A DNA stretch of 64,000 nt from Reyranellaceae bacterium (lineage in GTDB: Bacteria; Pseudomonadota; Alphaproteobacteria; Reyranellales; Reyranellaceae). Of this stretch, positions 62,876 through 64,000 are shown one piece after another. The position numbers and the translations under genes are program-made. Numbering within the stretch: position 1 is the first letter of the stretch; each line of letters starts with the position of its first letter. The stretch lies in assembly GCA_046349275.1 (NCBI GenBank), contig JAXMCN010000019.1:31053-95052 (forward strand). The letters are read 5' to 3'. The notes beneath the pieces are model-generated. The model was not told the DNA's origin. It searched no databases and saw only the letters and a list, made by a program, of their open reading frames with translations.

Positions 62876-63999
62876 GGGACAGGATCTTCCTCAAGGGGGC
62901 TGCGCAGGGTGAAGTGGAACACCGTCCCGCCGCCGGGGCGATCGTCGACCCAGATGCGGCCGCCATGCGCCTCGACGATGGTCCGGCAGATCGACAGGCC
63001 GAGCCCCATGCCCTTGCGCTTGGTGGTGACGAAGGGCTGGAAGAGATGGCTCGCGACCTCCGGCGCCAGGCCGGAGCCGGTGTCTGCGACGCTGACCTCG
63101 GCGAGGCCCTGGCCGTCGGCGACCGTGGCGATCTCGAGCCGCCGCTCGCCCGGCGTGTCGACCATGACCTCGATGGCGTTGCGGATCAGGTTTACCAGCA
63201 CCTGCTGGATCTGGATCCGGTCGGCCAGCACCAGGTCGGCCTTGGGATCGAGACGGAACGAGACGCCGATGCGGTTCTCGCGGGCCCCCATCAGGGCGAG
63301 CGTGCTGGCGTCCTCGATCAGCTTGGGCAGGCTCTCGATGCGCCGGTCGCTCTCGCCGCGCGACACGAACTCGCGCAGGCGGCGGATGATGTGGCCGGCC
63401 CGGATTGCCTGGTCGGCGGCCTTGCCCAGGGCGTCGCGCAACACCGGCGACTGGGCATGCTCGATGCGATCGAGCAGGCGCTGCGAGCCCTTGAGGTAGT
63501 TGCTGATCGCGGTCAGCGGCTGGTTGATCTCGTGCGCCAGGGTCGAGGCCATCTCGCCCAGCGCCGTGTAGCGCGACATGTGGGTGACTTCCGACTGCAG
63601 CTCCTTGAGCCGCGATTCGGTCATCTGCTGGTCGGTGAGGTCGCGGATGAAGCCTGTGAAATAGTGCTTCTCGCCGGAGCGCAGCTCGCCGACCGTGAGA
63701 TGGATCGGGAAGGTCGTGCCGTCCTTGCGCTGGCCCACAACGATGCGGCCAATGCCGATGATCCGCCGCTCGCCGGTCGCCAGGTAGCGGCTCATGTATG
63801 CGTCGTGCTGCTCTCGGTAAGGCGAGGGCATCAGCTGGCTGACGTTGCGGCCGGCGAGCTCCTCGGTCGTGTAGCCGAACAGCCGCTCGGCCGTGACGCT
63901 GAGCGATTCGATGCGGCCCTGCTCGTCGATGATGAGCATGGCGTCGGGCACGGTCTGCATGACCGAGCGCAGACGCGCCTCGGCCGCCTCGAGGGCGCG
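62872..63999 (-). CDS. fixL: Heme-PAS sensor histidine kinase FixL (5' truncated by window edge)
   Basis: MPSPYREQHDAYMSRYLATGERRIIGIGR heme PAS; LAHEINQPL H-box; QVLVNLIRNA; GMGLGLSI. Confidence 0.95.
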   Translation of the reverse strand, partial: RALEAAEARLRSVMQTVPDAMLIIDEQGRIESLSVTAERLFGYTTEELAGRNVSQLMPSPYREQHDAYMSRYLATGERRIIGIGRIVVGQRKDGTTFPIHLTVGELRSGEKHYFTGFIRDLTDQQMTESRLKELQSEVTHMSRYTALGEMASTLAHEINQPLTAISNYLKGSQRLLDRIEHAQSPVLRDALGKAADQAIRAGHIIRRLREFVSRGESDRRIESLPKLIEDASTLALMGARENRIGVSFRLDPKADLVLADRIQIQQVLVNLIRNAIEVMVDTPGERRLEIATVADGQGLAEVSVADTGSGLAPEVASHLFQPFVTTKRKGMGLGLSICRTIVEAHGGRIWVDDRPGGGTVFHFTLRSPLEEDPVP

Positions 64000-64000
64000 G

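Noticed and set aside
49-63499. Many long alternative-frame and antisense ORFs (e.g. 5150-8245 +, 24572-27901 -, 33583-37446 +, 58435-60906 +)
   Set aside because: Shadow ORFs of high-GC coding DNA: Arg/Ala/Gly/Pro-rich, no motifs, and overlapping well-supported genes.
1-64000. CRISPR array or cas genes to go with the CorA-like gene; tRNA/rRNA; integrase or transposase
   Set aside because: No regularly spaced repeats, cas motifs, cloverleafs or recombinase/transposase motifs seen; no flanking att-like repeats found around 23.2-29.8 kb.

Overview
High-GC alphaproteobacterial chromosomal segment (Reyranella-like by gene content and palindromic repeats; this is an inference) with about 53 protein-coding genes. 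I saw no rRNA, tRNA, CRISPR array, integrase or transposase. Left part (1-23 kb): end of a BatA/DUF4159 operon, an RND efflux pair, several amidohydrolases (including a split FluG-like GS/amidohydrolase pair and a divergent HutI homologue with an M20 hydrolase), a GH15 glucoamylase and a gluconolactonase. At 23.2-29.8 kb is a tightly packed three-gene cassette: a CorA-like 2-TM protein lacking GMN, a small exported protein, and a 1483-aa STAND/NACHT-type NTPase with an N-terminal HEPN-like RxxxxH motif. This is the best candidate for an undescribed (probably anti-phage, NLR-like) system. 30-38 kb holds catabolic and transport genes. From about 38.6 kb to the end is a low-oxygen cluster: fixL-fixJ-single receiver, fixK, P-type ATPase, ADH, ppk2, CBS, DUF3141-pta-fabI-ackA and DUF2252/1622/2254, with five recognisable FixK/FNR-type boxes. 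All product calls come from motif recognition by eye; no database searches were run.
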